A DNA stretch of 32,000 bases from Vibrio vulnificus CMCP6 (GTDB lineage: Bacteria > Pseudomonadota > Gammaproteobacteria > Enterobacterales > Vibrionaceae), in the NCBI RefSeq assembly GCF_000039765.1, contig NC_004460.2, positions 870,001-902,000 of the forward strand, given 5' to 3'. The translations under genes and the position numbers were made by a program. Below the pieces are notes generated by a model, which saw nothing but the letters and a program-made list of their open reading frames with translations, made no database searches and was not told the DNA's origin. Numbering within the stretch: the stretch's first letter is position 1; each line of letters begins with the position of its first letter. This document shows positions 1 to 11,006 of the stretch, piece by piece.

Positions 1-104
1 CTCGCGACCAAAACGTGCTCTGCGGCCTGAGTGTATCCAGTGATATTGAGCAGGTTACTGATCAAGATACTAAATGCAGAAATCAACGAGATTGGTAATA
101 GCAT
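1..104 (-). CDS. Possible partial CDS running off the left edge; N-terminus MLLPISLISAFSILISNLLNITGYTQAAEHVLVA resembles a secretion signal
   Basis: Open minus-strand frame from ATG at 104 to the window edge with a hydrophobic N-terminus and an AxA-like end; too short to identify. Confidence 0.35.
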   Translation of the reverse strand, partial: MLLPISLISAFSILISNLLNITGYTQAAEHVLVA

Positions 105-446
105 GACAAATGTATTACATAACCCGTTTAAATAAGCATTGCTGGATAACGTTGTTAGAAGAGAAATTAAGGGTGATTTTTTCATTAGACCAGATTATTC
201 CAAACACCAGGTCTTAAGGCATCTTTTCTTTATTTTTATAGAGAATTGAATTCCAAGACAAATTTAGAAGAATTAGCCACCTGAAATTCCATTTAAGTTC
301 AACTGAAAACAGTAGAAAGTTGATCGTTCAACTGAGGCAAAATACATTCATCACTATTATTTCAATCCTTGTTGTATTTATATATAAAATAAACAAAAGA
401 TAAATATGACAAGATGAACTATCATTCCAAATTATGACAACGCCAC

Positions 447-477
447 AATTAGGGGCGTGAACATTACGCCCCTAATT
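447..477. terminator. Strong hairpin downstream of the MscS-like gene, possible terminator
   Basis: aattaggggcgt / acgcccctaatt, 12-bp perfect stem with 7-nt loop; no long T tract. Confidence 0.5.
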
Positions 478-520
478 TGGCATCGTCCATTCAAGATTTC
501 AATCCTGACGATAGTGATTT

Positions 521-1366
521 TCAATTAATTGAACGAGGATAACATTCTTCATAGAGGGACATAAAATCTTGACGAATCAAGCTTTCAAGATGAACAGCCT
601 TTTCCGTAGGACAGAAAATCATAAAATTCACCACTTGCTCGCCTGCGGCTGCGCTCGTGATATGAATATGAGGCTCTGCTCCTGGCAAATCAACGCCAGC
701 GTGTTTTTCGATCATCGTATTATAACGTTTTGCAACGTCTAAAAAATAATGACAGTGTTCTTCGATTTTAATTTCTAAATCAGCCAGCAAAGGATAAAGA
801 TTCACAAAATCCGGCACCACAATTGAAAAATGATGGTACACATAACGCTTCATAAAATTGAGGTTTTTTACCGGATAAGTAAAAAACATGCTATTCGGCA
901 AGGTAATCGTCTTCCCTGTGTAATGATATTGCCCGTGATGCAAATCGATTTCTTGGATCACGGTCGCCATCATATTGTGATCTATCACTTCACCGGCAAT
1001 TTTTCCCACTTCAATCCAGTCGCCGACTCGGAAAGAGCGAGAACTGGCTCGCTGGATAGAACCGGTAAAACAGAGAATAATTTCTTTCGACGCCACCACA
1101 ATCGCAACGGCAATGGCGGTCACCGATAGCGCAAACTGGTTGATTTCCGATTGCCACAAAACAAACAGAATTAAGCTGGTGATGGCAAAGGCACCGTTTT
1201 TTGTCCGAGACATCCAACTGCGCTGCTTCTCGGTGATAAATGCCGCTTCCCCACGGATACGAGACAGCACTAACTGCCTAATCATGATAATGAACAGGAT
1301 GATCAGTGCGGTGAAAAAAAGCTTATGTTGAAGCAAGAAATCAATAACGAGCTGTAACTTTTGCAA
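521..1366 (-). CDS. MscS-family mechanosensitive ion channel protein
   Basis: 281 aa; N-terminal TM helices then an MscS-like core (SIQRASSRSFRVGDWIEVGKIAGEV..., TLPNSMFFTYPVKNL). Confidence 0.85.
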   Translation of the reverse strand: MQKLQLVIDFLLQHKLFFTALIILFIIMIRQLVLSRIRGEAAFITEKQRSWMSRTKNGAFAITSLILFVLWQSEINQFALSVTAIAVAIVVASKEIILCFTGSIQRASSRSFRVGDWIEVGKIAGEVIDHNMMATVIQEIDLHHGQYHYTGKTITLPNSMFFTYPVKNLNFMKRYVYHHFSIVVPDFVNLYPLLADLEIKIEEHCHYFLDVAKRYNTMIEKHAGVDLPGAEPHIHITSAAAGEQVVNFMIFCPTEKAVHLESLIRQDFMSLYEECYPRSIN

Positions 1367-1577
1367 CTTATGTCCTTAGATGTACTGCGATTCTGAGTTG
1401 GTGTCCAAGCGCCATCACTTTATAAAAAGCAAATCCAGAGCGCAATTTGCAGATGAAAAAACGTTAACCACTGGCGATTTCTAGCAAATATCACTCATTT
1501 ATAAGATAAGTAAGCGCAAAATAGAAAACACCTCAAGGGAAAGCTATGCGCCGTTTCCTCTGATTAACGTGAATGAT

Positions 1578-2078
1578 TTAACGGTATTTGGCTGAGGTAA
1601 TGAACTGACTGAAGGTTTCACACCAAACGATCGCCGTTGTGTAGTTTGCCACGTCAACATCACTTGGAATGGGCAGAATAAAGCGGTCAAATGTTTTGAC
1701 ATCTCCAACACGGACCAACTGCTCTTTGTTGGCTAAGAAGTCAGCTTCTGTCTCAATAAACGTTGGCGATAGATAAAGCTTATAGTCGGGACCTGGAGCG
1801 AGTTCACCCAAAAAAGCAATACTTTGCGCATCAATCACAAGCTTACCTTCTCCCCAATGTAAGAAATCGCTGTCAGCACGATCGCGGCTAAATTCCCCTT
1901 GATAACTTGGGGCAAGCATGACGCTTGCAACCGCCTGTTGAGAGGGGCTCGTAGGTTGAATCAAAATCGGCAGAAGATAAATCCCTAACCCAATACCACA
2001 AACCAACATCGCGATGTGAGAAATGATTAAAAGTCCGTATTTCATGCTCTGTGTTCCTGTTTCTTTTTCTACCATCAA
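1578..2078 (-). CDS. DM13-domain membrane-anchored protein
   Basis: 166 aa; N-terminal TM segment; DM13-like motifs (GEGKLVIDAQSIAFLGELAPGPDYKLYLSP, TAIVWCETFSQFITSAKYR). Start may be the internal MKYG. Confidence 0.75.
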   Translation of the reverse strand: MMVEKETGTQSMKYGLLIISHIAMLVCGIGLGIYLLPILIQPTSPSQQAVASVMLAPSYQGEFSRDRADSDFLHWGEGKLVIDAQSIAFLGELAPGPDYKLYLSPTFIETEADFLANKEQLVRVGDVKTFDRFILPIPSDVDVANYTTAIVWCETFSQFITSAKYR

Positions 2079-2173
2079 CTTTTAACGTGCTTCAACGTGT
2101 AACGCTTGGCGAATCAAAGATTGTCGTGACGATGGGTGATGTTGGTTTTAAATTGGGTGAATGAATAGAGAGT

Positions 2174-2211
2174 ATATACCCAAGTGACTTCAAGATGCTG
2201 GGATCTAGGCG
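2174..2211. repeat. Single-ended copy of an intergenic repeat also present at 13444
   Basis: tatatacccaagtgacttcaaga shares 'atatacccaagtgacttcaaga' with 13444-13465. Confidence 0.6.
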
Positions 2212-2252
2212 GTATCATCAACATCAAATCAATACACATCAAGAGAAAGAAA

Positions 2253-2278
2253 AGTCCGAAGGTTATCACCCTCGGACT
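2253..2278 (-). terminator. Rho-independent terminator for the NlpE-like gene
   Basis: agtccgaagg / ccctcggact stem with one mismatch, 6-nt loop; TTTTCTTTC tail on the minus strand. Confidence 0.75.
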
Positions 2279-2329
2279 AGATTAGAGCATTCAACATAGG
2301 TCCTAATGGGGGATCAGGTACACTTTTGC

Positions 2330-2836
2330 TTATTGCTTTTTAAGACGGTAGAAGTCGGCCAAATCACCCGTGATCTTCTGACCGTTGATGTCGAGCATCA
2401 TCAGCACATTTTCGCCAACGAAGTATTGGTTCAGTGACCCCTCTCCTTCCAATGTCACCACACTGCCACTCTCGTCCCAGTTAAAGTGGCCTTCAGACTT
2501 GAACGTACCATCTTGTTTGCCTTGATAAGTTTCTTCTAAAACGTAACTGCCATCGTTGTTCAATGTTAAGGTCACATCGATACCGCTGCAATCGGCGCAA
2601 GGTAGAGTACCAGTATACGTACCATTCCAGTCCAATGCATTTTTCGCATTGTGCGCACTATCGACAAACGTTTCAGTGGTCACAACATCCGTATCTGCAG
2701 ATTGGTTTGGCTCCACCACGACAACAGCTTGTGTCTCTTCGCTAGGCGTGGCTGCAGGGGCTTGTACTTGCTTGTCATCTTGGCAGCCCGCTAAAAGAAT
2801 CACCACACCACCTAACGCTAACATTGTCTTTTTCAT
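2330..2836 (-). CDS. NlpE N-terminal-like envelope/copper-response lipoprotein
   Basis: 168 aa; lipobox (VVILLAGC) and NlpE-type YTGTLPCADCSGIDVTLTLNNDGSYVLEETYQG. Confidence 0.85.
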   Translation of the reverse strand: MKKTMLALGGVVILLAGCQDDKQVQAPAATPSEETQAVVVVEPNQSADTDVVTTETFVDSAHNAKNALDWNGTYTGTLPCADCSGIDVTLTLNNDGSYVLEETYQGKQDGTFKSEGHFNWDESGSVVTLEGEGSLNQYFVGENVLMMLDINGQKITGDLADFYRLKKQ

Positions 2837-3118
2837 TTGATATTCTCCATATCCATCACTGTCACTCTATAGTAGCGAGCCTTTCAATTTTCACGTCAAT
2901 AGAAAGTCATGCTGTGATCGTTTCCGGTTAGAAATTCTCTGTAATGTCAATATTGTGTTGTCAAGAAAACGCCAACTGCTCACACCAGTAGGAGACACTA
3001 CTAAAGCGATTAAATAGTGAACAATAATTTAACAAACTAAATTTTTATACATTTTTATTGCATAGATCAGCAAAAATGCTAGCATAAGCCAAAATGACAA
3101 CCGATGCAGATTAGTAGC

Positions 3119-3847
3119 ATGTCTATTCAAGTAAAAAGCGTTAATAAATCTTATGGTTCCAACCAAATTTTGCACAACATTAGCTTTGAGTGTGCGAAAG
3201 GCGAAACATTGGTTTTACTTGGCCCAAGCGGTGCGGGTAAGAGTTCTCTACTGCGTGTGTTGAACTTACTTGAATCCGCTGACAACGGCCAACTGACCAT
3301 CGCGAATCAAGCCTTTGATTTTGCTTCTTCTCCAAGTGAAGCCGATGGCCTGCTGCTGCGTCGAAAAGTCGGCATGGTGTTTCAACAATACAACCTCTGG
3401 CCACATCTCACTGTGATTGAGAACCTGATTGAAGCGCCGATACGAGTACTGGGCGTCGCTAAAGCAGAGGCGATTGAGCAAGCAAGAGAAATTTTGGCGA
3501 CCTTGCAGCTAGCGGATAAAGCGGATGCATGGCCGTTGCAACTTTCTGGTGGCCAACAGCAGCGTGTTGCTATCGCGAGAGCATTAATGATGAAACCGGA
3601 AGTGCTGCTTTTTGATGAGCCTACCGCCGCTTTGGATCCTGAAATCACGAATCAAGTCGTGAAGATCATTTCAGGCCTGAGTGATACTGGCATCACCCAA
3701 GTTGTCGTTACTCACGAAGTCGATTTCGCTAAGAAAATCGCTAGCCATGTCCTTTATCTCGAAAAAGGTCATATCGTTGAGCACGGCACCAAACAAGCTT
3801 TCAGCGAACCGCAAACCCGCGCGTTTGCCGAATATTTAAAACACTAA
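3119..3847 (+). CDS. artP: Arginine/basic amino-acid ABC transporter ATP-binding protein
   Basis: Walker A GPSGAGKS, signature [15 protein letters not shown], Walker [12 protein letters not shown]; followed by artI/Q/M-like genes. The ORF opens at 3104 but [13 protein letters not shown] at 3119 is the more typical start. Confidence 0.9.
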   Translation: MSIQVKSVNKSYGSNQILHNISFECAKGETLVLLGPSGAGKSSLLRVLNLLESADNGQLTIANQAFDFASSPSEADGLLLRRKVGMVFQQYNLWPHLTVIENLIEAPIRVLGVAKAEAIEQAREILATLQLADKADAWPLQLSGGQQQRVAIARALMMKPEVLLFDEPTAALDPEITNQVVKIISGLSDTGITQVVVTHEVDFAKKIASHVLYLEKGHIVEHGTKQAFSEPQTRAFAEYLKH

Positions 3848-3970
3848 CAACCCATCCAATCGGTTTAGTTTGATGGCGACAAATCGCGCCAAACCTGAAC
3901 AGAACGGAAATGACGATAAGCTGACTGTTCGTCTTTGACGTCAGCGCACAGATAGACACGGAGTATTGCA

Positions 3971-4702
3971 ATGAAAAAAATTTTACTGGCGTCCCTTATC
4001 GGCCTTGTTTCTGCCAATGCAGCAGCGCAACAAGAGATTAAATTTGCGATGGAAGCCACCTACGCACCATTCGAATACATGGATGAGAATAATCAAATCC
4101 AAGGTTTCGACGTCGATTTAGCGAACGCACTTTGTCAGCAACTGGACGCAAGCTGTTCCTTCCATAACCAAGCCTTCGACAGCTTGATTCCTGCTCTGAA
4201 ATTCAAACGTTATGATGCAGCAATCTCAGCAATGGACATTACCGATGCACGTTTAGAACAAGTGGCTTTTAGCGATGCGTACTACGACAACTCAGCGGCT
4301 TTCGTGTCATTTGCAGGCAAGGTCGCCGACCAAGCAGCACTGAAAGGCAAACGTGTGGGCGTACAAAATGGCTCTACTCACCAAAGCTTTTTGCTAGAAC
4401 AAATGACTGGCGTTACTGCCGTACCATACGCAAGCTATCAAGATGCGTTTCTTGATATGAAAAATGGCCGTATCGATTCCGTGTTTGGTGATACTGCTGT
4501 TGTGGCAGAATGGTTCAAGAAAGAAAACAATCTCGCTTATGTCGGCGAGCACGTCACCAACGCACAATACTTTGGTAATGGCTTTGGTATCGCGGTCAAC
4601 AAAGACAACCAAGCCTTGGTCGACCAACTGAATGCCGCTCTAAAAGCGGTAAAAGCAAACGGCGAATACCAAGCAATCTTCAATAAGTACTTCGGTAACT
4701 AA
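3971..4702 (+). CDS. artI: Arginine ABC transporter periplasmic substrate-binding protein (ArtI/ArtJ-like)
   Basis: 243 aa; signal peptide ending SANAAAQ; SBP_bac_3 signatures ([30 protein letters not shown]). Confidence 0.9.
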   Translation: MKKILLASLIGLVSANAAAQQEIKFAMEATYAPFEYMDENNQIQGFDVDLANALCQQLDASCSFHNQAFDSLIPALKFKRYDAAISAMDITDARLEQVAFSDAYYDNSAAFVSFAGKVADQAALKGKRVGVQNGSTHQSFLLEQMTGVTAVPYASYQDAFLDMKNGRIDSVFGDTAVVAEWFKKENNLAYVGEHVTNAQYFGNGFGIAVNKDNQALVDQLNAALKAVKANGEYQAIFNKYFGN

Positions 4703-4703
4703 T

Positions 4704-5393
4704 ATGGCATTAACGGGTTACTCTCTTTCTCTCGTCCAAGCAAGCTGGATGACCATCCAGCTTGCGCTGGTCAGCTTAGCCGTCGGTTTAGTGTTAGCGG
4801 TTGTTTTCGCTGGTGGCGAGATGACTCGCCACCGATTAGTGAAATGGCCAACTACTGCGCTGGTGACGGTGCTACGCGGCTTGCCTGAGCTTTTGGTGGT
4901 GCTGTTCATCTACTTTGGCTCAACACAAGTTCTGTTTCTACTGACTGGCGATTTTATCGAGGTAAGCCCGTTTCTTTCTGGTGTGATTGCCCTTTCTTTG
5001 ATTTTTGCTTCTTACGCTTCTCAGACCATTCGCGGCGCATTGAAAGCCGTTAATAAAGGCCAACGTGAAGCGGCCAGTGCTCTAGGCATGAGTAAAAGTC
5101 GTACTTTTTTTAGAATTGTGTTACCCCAAGCGGTGCGCCATGCGCTGCCAGGACTCACCAACCAATGGTTGGTGTTATTGAAAGACACGGCGTTGGTGTC
5201 ATTAATCGGCGTGACGGATCTTCTCAAACAAGCGCAACTGACGTCGGCGGCCACTCATGAAGCGTTTACTTGGTATGCCACCGCTGCGGCCATTTACTTA
5301 GTCATCACGCTTGTAACCCAGCGCGCAGTAAAAATCATCGATGCCAAATTTTCCGCACAAGGATTGAGTCTTGATCAAGGAGCCAAAGCATGA
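4704..5393 (+). CDS. artQ: Arginine ABC transporter permease
   Basis: 229 aa; His/Glu/Gln/Arg-type permease with EAA loop ([35 protein letters not shown]). Confidence 0.9.
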   Translation: MALTGYSLSLVQASWMTIQLALVSLAVGLVLAVVFAGGEMTRHRLVKWPTTALVTVLRGLPELLVVLFIYFGSTQVLFLLTGDFIEVSPFLSGVIALSLIFASYASQTIRGALKAVNKGQREAASALGMSKSRTFFRIVLPQAVRHALPGLTNQWLVLLKDTALVSLIGVTDLLKQAQLTSAATHEAFTWYATAAAIYLVITLVTQRAVKIIDAKFSAQGLSLDQGAKA

Positions 5394-6058
5394 AAGAACA
5401 ACATCTCTGGCAACTGTTAGAAGGCTTAGTCACCAGCCTTGAGCTGACAGCGGTTTCACTGTTGGTGGGCTGTATTTTATCGTTACTGATGACCGCGACG
5501 CTTATTCTACGCACGCCACTTTTACACTGGTTCAGTCGCGGTGTGATCACCTTGTTCACCGGCACGCCACTGCTCGTGCAGATTTTCCTGATCTATTACG
5601 GCCCAGGCCAGTTTGACGCCATTCGCGACAGCTTTGTTTGGCAATGGCTAAGCCAGCCTTGGTTTTGTGCCATGCTAGCACTGGCTCTAAACACGGCCGC
5701 ATACAGCACCCAATTGTTCAAAGGCGCATTCAACGCGATTCCATCAGGGCAGTGGCAAGCTTGTCGCGCGCTTGGGATGAACAAATTAGTGACATTGAAG
5801 GTGTTGCTACCTTACGCACTGCGCCGCGCCGTACCGGCTTATTCCAACGAAGTCATTTTGGTGTTCAAAGGTACCTCGTTAGCGAGCACCATCACCATCA
5901 TGGATCTGATGGGATACGCGCAACGCATTAATGCGCAAACTTACGATACCTTGACGGTATTTGGTGTGGCCGGTGCTTTTTATCTCACCATCAACGCCAT
6001 CATGACGCTGATTTTCCGCCAGGTAGAGAAAAAAGCGCTCGCGTTTGAAGCACACTGA
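5390..6058 (+). CDS. artM: Arginine ABC transporter permease
   Basis: 222 aa; overlaps artQ by 4 nt; EAA loop ([35 protein letters not shown]). Confidence 0.9.
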   Translation: MKEQHLWQLLEGLVTSLELTAVSLLVGCILSLLMTATLILRTPLLHWFSRGVITLFTGTPLLVQIFLIYYGPGQFDAIRDSFVWQWLSQPWFCAMLALALNTAAYSTQLFKGAFNAIPSGQWQACRALGMNKLVTLKVLLPYALRRAVPAYSNEVILVFKGTSLASTITIMDLMGYAQRINAQTYDTLTVFGVAGAFYLTINAIMTLIFRQVEKKALAFEAH

Positions 6059-6241
6059 AAAGCCTATCTTGCATCACATTTCGGCCGAAAAATTTCCATC
6101 TTTTCGGCCGTTTAGCCGCTAAATGTTCTATTCGGTCGCTTTTTTGACGACAACTAGCCGCGTTCTCACTTTTCCCCTCTTCGTTGCCTATCTTTTGCTC
6201 TAAAGTAATGCTATCGCAATGCCAATTTTTTAGGAGAAGAG

Positions 6242-6802
6242 ATGGGAAAACAGTATTTGGAGTTAATGCCACAACATATCGACTTTATTCAACAGCAAAA
6301 GATTTTCTTCGTCGCAACCGCCGCGGAAACAGGCAGCGTCAATCTCTCCCCAAAAGGAGGAGACTCGCTAAGAGTTATCGACCATAAAACCATTGTTTGG
6401 CAAAACTTAACGGGCAGTGGCAACGAGTCCGCGGCTCATACGATTAAAAATCCACGCATGACTCTCATGTGGTGTGCGTTTGAAGGCGCACCTGTGATTC
6501 TTCGCACTTACGGCAACGCCACCGTACTTCATCAAACTGACCCACTATGGCAAAAGTACCTTGCCCTTTTCCCAGCCAGCGTCGCTACGCGGCAACTGTT
6601 TGTGTTGGACATCAACCTAGTGCAATCCTCTTGTGGAATGTCGGTTCCATTGTTTGAGTATCAAGGTGATCGAGACGAACTGGCAGCATGGTCAGAGAAA
6701 CAAGGCAAAGAAGGCATTGAGGCCTATTGGCGCAAGAAAAATCAGCAAAGTATTGATGGTTTTGAAACGGAAATAATCATTCGCACGGGTATCGAGAATT
6801 GA
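6242..6802 (+). CDS. Pyridoxamine 5'-phosphate oxidase family / FMN-binding protein
   Basis: 186 aa; FFVATAAETGSVNLSPKGGDSLRVIDHKTIVWQNLTGSGNESAAHTIKNPRMTLMWCAFEG. Confidence 0.8.
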   Translation: MGKQYLELMPQHIDFIQQQKIFFVATAAETGSVNLSPKGGDSLRVIDHKTIVWQNLTGSGNESAAHTIKNPRMTLMWCAFEGAPVILRTYGNATVLHQTDPLWQKYLALFPASVATRQLFVLDINLVQSSCGMSVPLFEYQGDRDELAAWSEKQGKEGIEAYWRKKNQQSIDGFETEIIIRTGIEN

Positions 6803-6803
6803 T

Positions 6804-6834
6804 AAAAAAAGCCACCACTTTTCAGTGGTGGCTT
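6804..6834 (-). terminator. Rho-independent terminator for the chitinase gene (possibly bidirectional)
   Basis: aagccaccact / agtggtggctt, 11-bp stem, 4-nt loop, T7 tract on the minus strand. Confidence 0.85.
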
Positions 6835-6860
6835 CGCTTGTCGACATGATTCGGTCGCAA

Positions 6861-9800
6861 TTATCGAGGATCAAGACCCAGCTTTTGCAGTACCAGTTTG
6901 AAGTTCTCGCGGCGTTCTTTCACGTTGTGAACATCACCTGTCGAACAGGTCAAATCCGGACAACCACGGTTAACGATACCTGAGACGTCATCGATAAATT
7001 GAGAGCCTTGCAGACCGCTGTCCACGTACTTCTTCAACTCATTGTAGTAGTTCCAATCCGCGTATTGACCACCTTCATCGTTGTAGGCTTGTACTGAGGT
7101 TACCCAGTAGAAAAGACCTGCGATCCACTTGATCTCTTTATTCTCTTCCGAGCTACAAATCAGACCTGGGTTAGAACAGAAATCCAATTCTGCGTAGAGT
7201 GGGTTCTCTGGTGGTGCTTCTACCGTGACACCGTCAATCGTTTTACCAATGGTTGATGGGTCAACGTGCGAGCGACCTAGGTAGTGGTTAAGCGTACCGA
7301 AGTTCTGACGACCTGTGGTTTGGATAACACCACGACCCCACCAGCCACAGCCTTCTACGCTTTCTTGGCTGCTGCCGTCCCAAATGAACTTACCGGCTTT
7401 CTGACCAACATAAGTCTTACATTCGTCGCGTTCCCACACTTGTTTTGACGTATCCACGTTTTCAGGAACATCGTTACAGTGACCGTTGTTGGTCCAACGA
7501 CCTGCCGCACCGTTCACCAATAAACCACGCTCTTCCAGCACGGCATCAGGCGCTGCAAAGACAGGAGCGGGTGCGCCATACCATTTCGCATGCGTCAGAG
7601 CACTCACTTCCATCTTGTCATCGCGAGGACAAGAGTACGCATGATCCAGACCAGAGACTGGGTTGACACCGTAATCTGCGTATTTCTGACCAAGTTGACC
7701 ACAGCTGGCGGTCATTGGGTAATCCGTTGGCGCGCCGTATTTCACTTCAGACCAGTTGTTTTCATCACAGGCGTTGTAACGAATCGTCTCTTGCATACTT
7801 TGTGCAAGGAACGCAGCAATCGCAACTTTCGCGTATTTGATGTTGGTCGCGTCATCGACTTCGTCGTCCATCAGCCAGAACTTGTTACCCGCCACACCAA
7901 TGTTGTGCATTGCGTTCAAGCCATCGAGGAAGTCGTTCCACTTGTACACCGTTGACGGAACCCACTGAGACTGTGGCGTTTCGTATAGGAAAGCTTCGTT
8001 GTTCATTACACTCTCAGCGTTGGCTAACTCTTGGTTTAACGCTTCAATGCGAGTCAATGAACCTTTCTCTAACTCTTCACCCACGTAGTACAGTGGCACT
8101 TTCGCCGTTTGATACAGTTCAATCTTGCTGGTGAGTGCAGGTGAGTCTTGATCAAACATCAGTGCAAACACGTTACTGTAAGCCGCTTTACGAATTTGCT
8201 GCTCACTTTGTGTATTGCCCATGAAGTAGTTCGCAGTTTGCTCTGTCGGCATGTTCGCGAGCATTGCCGGTGCTTCAACGTAATCTGTGACCTGTTTGAC
8301 GAACTCAAGCGCGTGATGCCACTGCGCGCTGGTTAGCGCCGCTGTCTCGCTCGACTTAGTAAACGCGACAAAGTCCGCTTTGTTTGCAGAATCCACTTTG
8401 TAAAGCTCGAAGCTATCCAGCAAATCCGCAGAGAAGACCGACGCTTCATCCCATACCGATTGACGGCCAGAATGCGTATCGTACGCGAACTCACCAATGC
8501 TCAATGACCAACCAAACGTCGCTTGTGGTGCAAGTGTCGTGAAGATCAAGTTGTGCGCATGCGCCCAGCCTTTCACATCGTCACTCAGTGCGTTGATCGC
8601 ATCAATATCAATACGGCTGCCCGTGATATCAATGGCGTTCGTCAGGGCTTGTTTAACCGCAACGGAACCAAACGACGCACCTTTGTCTCGCGTGGCAAGA
8701 TCCAAAACATCCGATTGAATCACGATAGATGCTGAGCCTGCGTTCTCGGCCTGCTCTAGGACAGAGACAAACGAACGAGTCAGTTGCTCTACGTCTGTTA
8801 ATGCATCACTGCTGCTTGCTGCAATAGTTAGCGTGCTTGGAGCTTGAGTGGATGGGCTCGCCACTACGAATGTGTTTGGCCAGCCAGCCACTTCTAGACG
8901 CACTGGGTCCATTGGGTTGCGCAATGATAGTGCAGGCGCAGTACCCGGCTCTGTACCGTCACAGTTTAGGTGCAATGACCACGAGCTATCACTGCCAGGA
9001 ACAGATTGCGTCCAGTAAACCGCTGAGTAAGCAATGTTTTTGTGCACCATAATGTCACCGCCAGTCGCGTGATCACCACGAGTCCAATCTGGGTACACGT
9101 TGAAATCGGCACACAACCCACCGGTTGGCGGAGGGGTCGGTGTTTCTACTTTTTCAACGGTGATGCTAACACGAGCGGTTGATGTGAGGTTTTGCGCATC
9201 GGTGGCCACCGCTTCAAGCGTGACATCACCAACTTGAGATGCCGTCCAGTTGCACGAGTATTGACTTTCCGTCGACGCGTTAAACTCACAAATTTGCTGG
9301 TTGTTTGCTGTTACGATAACGTGCGATAAGTCATCATCAGCGTCCGTTGCGCGAACGGTGATCGCAACGGTGTTACCGTCTTCAAACTTAGAGCCATTCG
9401 CTGGCGAAATAAAGCTCACTTCCGGGCTTACAAAGCTTGGCTCATCTTGAACAGAAACCGCAATGCTGCGCTGCTCAACCATTTGGTTATCCTGGCCTAG
9501 CACCACCACTTTGAGGGTTGCGTTACCCACTTCGCTCGGCGTCCAAGCGTACCAGTACGTCGTTTGGGTTGGAGTGATACTACGTTGACCTAGCTTGCGG
9601 TCGTTTGCCCAAAACTCAAGAGTGGAAATCAAATCACCGTCAACACGCGCTTGGATTGTTGTCGCCTGATCAACGGTAAGGGTTTGACCTTGTGTTGGCG
9701 CCACAAATGTCAATTCACGCACGACAGGATCGAGCGGTGGCTCAACCTGCTTCTCTTTGACCGTAATACTGACGGCTTGCTCTTGTGTTAGACCAGAGTG

Positions 9801-10478
9801 ACTTTCCACCATCGCTTTAATCGTGTGTGGTCCCACACCAGCTGACAGCCAATTTGCTTGGAAAGGTGCTTGTGTTACGCGTGCGACTTGTGTGTTGTCG
9901 ACAAAGAAAGTCACCGCTTTAACAGTGGTGTTGGTTGCGGTTACGTTTGCAAGCATGGTAACCGCTTGGCCTTCTTCAAACTCCGCGCCATTCATTGGTG
10001 AGGCGATTTTCAGAGAAAGTTCTGGATCCCCCACTTCATCGTCAGCAATCAAGCGAATCGTATCTTGTAGCAGAGTCATATCCAGCACACCGCTCACCCC
10101 CAGCGTTAGCTCAATGCGCTGACCAGCAGGTAGTTGAGATTTCACCCAGCTTCCGTTATCAAAAGCCAAAGCCAGCGTGTTTTTGAACACATTACCTTGC
10201 GCATTGCTACTGAAACTCATATTTGGGTAGCTGATTCCAGCCGCTGACCAAGAAGGCGCGGACATCGTGAGATTTGAATCAAATACTATTTTGGCATCGC
10301 GTAATTCAATCGCTTTCGATCCTGTATTGGTGAGGCTCACCTTGTATGTGTTCCACCATTGGCTTTCAGAACCAACAATTGAAATTTCGCTATTTACTGC
10401 CGCCTGAGCGACAGGAAAAGCCATACTCACTGCGAGCGCAAGGACAGTAGGCACTAACCTTAGAGCTTTATTATTCAT
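6861..10478 (-). CDS. Secreted multidomain chitinase (GH19-like catalytic domain, Ig-like repeats, carbohydrate-binding modules)
   Basis: 1205 aa; signal peptide; CBM2-like N-terminal domain; three Ig-like repeats ending in V(T/S)V(K/Q/E); PTPPP linker; CBM5/12-like DWTRGDHATGGDIMVHKNIAYSAVYWTQSVPGSDSSW; GH19-like AAFLAQSMQETIRYN and GWWGRGVIQTTGRQNFG. Confidence 0.85.
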   Translation of the reverse strand: MNNKALRLVPTVLALAVSMAFPVAQAAVNSEISIVGSESQWWNTYKVSLTNTGSKAIELRDAKIVFDSNLTMSAPSWSAAGISYPNMSFSSNAQGNVFKNTLALAFDNGSWVKSQLPAGQRIELTLGVSGVLDMTLLQDTIRLIADDEVGDPELSLKIASPMNGAEFEEGQAVTMLANVTATNTTVKAVTFFVDNTQVARVTQAPFQANWLSAGVGPHTIKAMVESHSGLTQEQAVSITVKEKQVEPPLDPVVRELTFVAPTQGQTLTVDQATTIQARVDGDLISTLEFWANDRKLGQRSITPTQTTYWYAWTPSEVGNATLKVVVLGQDNQMVEQRSIAVSVQDEPSFVSPEVSFISPANGSKFEDGNTVAITVRATDADDDLSHVIVTANNQQICEFNASTESQYSCNWTASQVGDVTLEAVATDAQNLTSTARVSITVEKVETPTPPPTGGLCADFNVYPDWTRGDHATGGDIMVHKNIAYSAVYWTQSVPGSDSSWSLHLNCDGTEPGTAPALSLRNPMDPVRLEVAGWPNTFVVASPSTQAPSTLTIAASSSDALTDVEQLTRSFVSVLEQAENAGSASIVIQSDVLDLATRDKGASFGSVAVKQALTNAIDITGSRIDIDAINALSDDVKGWAHAHNLIFTTLAPQATFGWSLSIGEFAYDTHSGRQSVWDEASVFSADLLDSFELYKVDSANKADFVAFTKSSETAALTSAQWHHALEFVKQVTDYVEAPAMLANMPTEQTANYFMGNTQSEQQIRKAAYSNVFALMFDQDSPALTSKIELYQTAKVPLYYVGEELEKGSLTRIEALNQELANAESVMNNEAFLYETPQSQWVPSTVYKWNDFLDGLNAMHNIGVAGNKFWLMDDEVDDATNIKYAKVAIAAFLAQSMQETIRYNACDENNWSEVKYGAPTDYPMTASCGQLGQKYADYGVNPVSGLDHAYSCPRDDKMEVSALTHAKWYGAPAPVFAAPDAVLEERGLLVNGAAGRWTNNGHCNDVPENVDTSKQVWERDECKTYVGQKAGKFIWDGSSQESVEGCGWWGRGVIQTTGRQNFGTLNHYLGRSHVDPSTIGKTIDGVTVEAPPENPLYAELDFCSNPGLICSSEENKEIKWIAGLFYWVTSVQAYNDEGGQYADWNYYNELKKYVDSGLQGSQFIDDVSGIVNRGCPDLTCSTGDVHNVKERRENFKLVLQKLGLDPR

Positions 10479-11006
10479 AATTGGACAACTTTTTTATTGA
10501 AGAAAAATTTGAATCTTCATTATATGAACCTGCAAAAGAAATAAGGCACGTGACGCATGTAACAAAATGTTTCTTAAAATACACATTTTAATCGAACGTA
10601 TTTCATCAAGGCTTTTTCATCAAATTCACCACAAAAAATTAAACTTAGAGATTGCTTCCTATAAATTGAATGAATTGATGGTCAATTAAAAATAATTTAA
10701 TTCAAAACGATAACGAAAAATAGACAAAGAAATGCAACGTAAGAATATTCCCACACTGTTATTTTTCATTTTAAAATCACAAAGAAACATTTTGTTACAA
10801 GATGAGCAAATTGCAATCATTGATGATCAACTTGATTGACCACCATTCTGATAATCGCAGCCAATACTGTTTATAACTCACTATTTTTAGAGCATTTATT
10901 CTTGATGGATAACAGGGAAAAGCCGAGCCAATCGGCAATAAAGAGATGCGGCCCTTCCCTCCCTCTCACACTCATAACTCAAGAAGGAGGAAGGAGCAAA
11001 GAGGCG

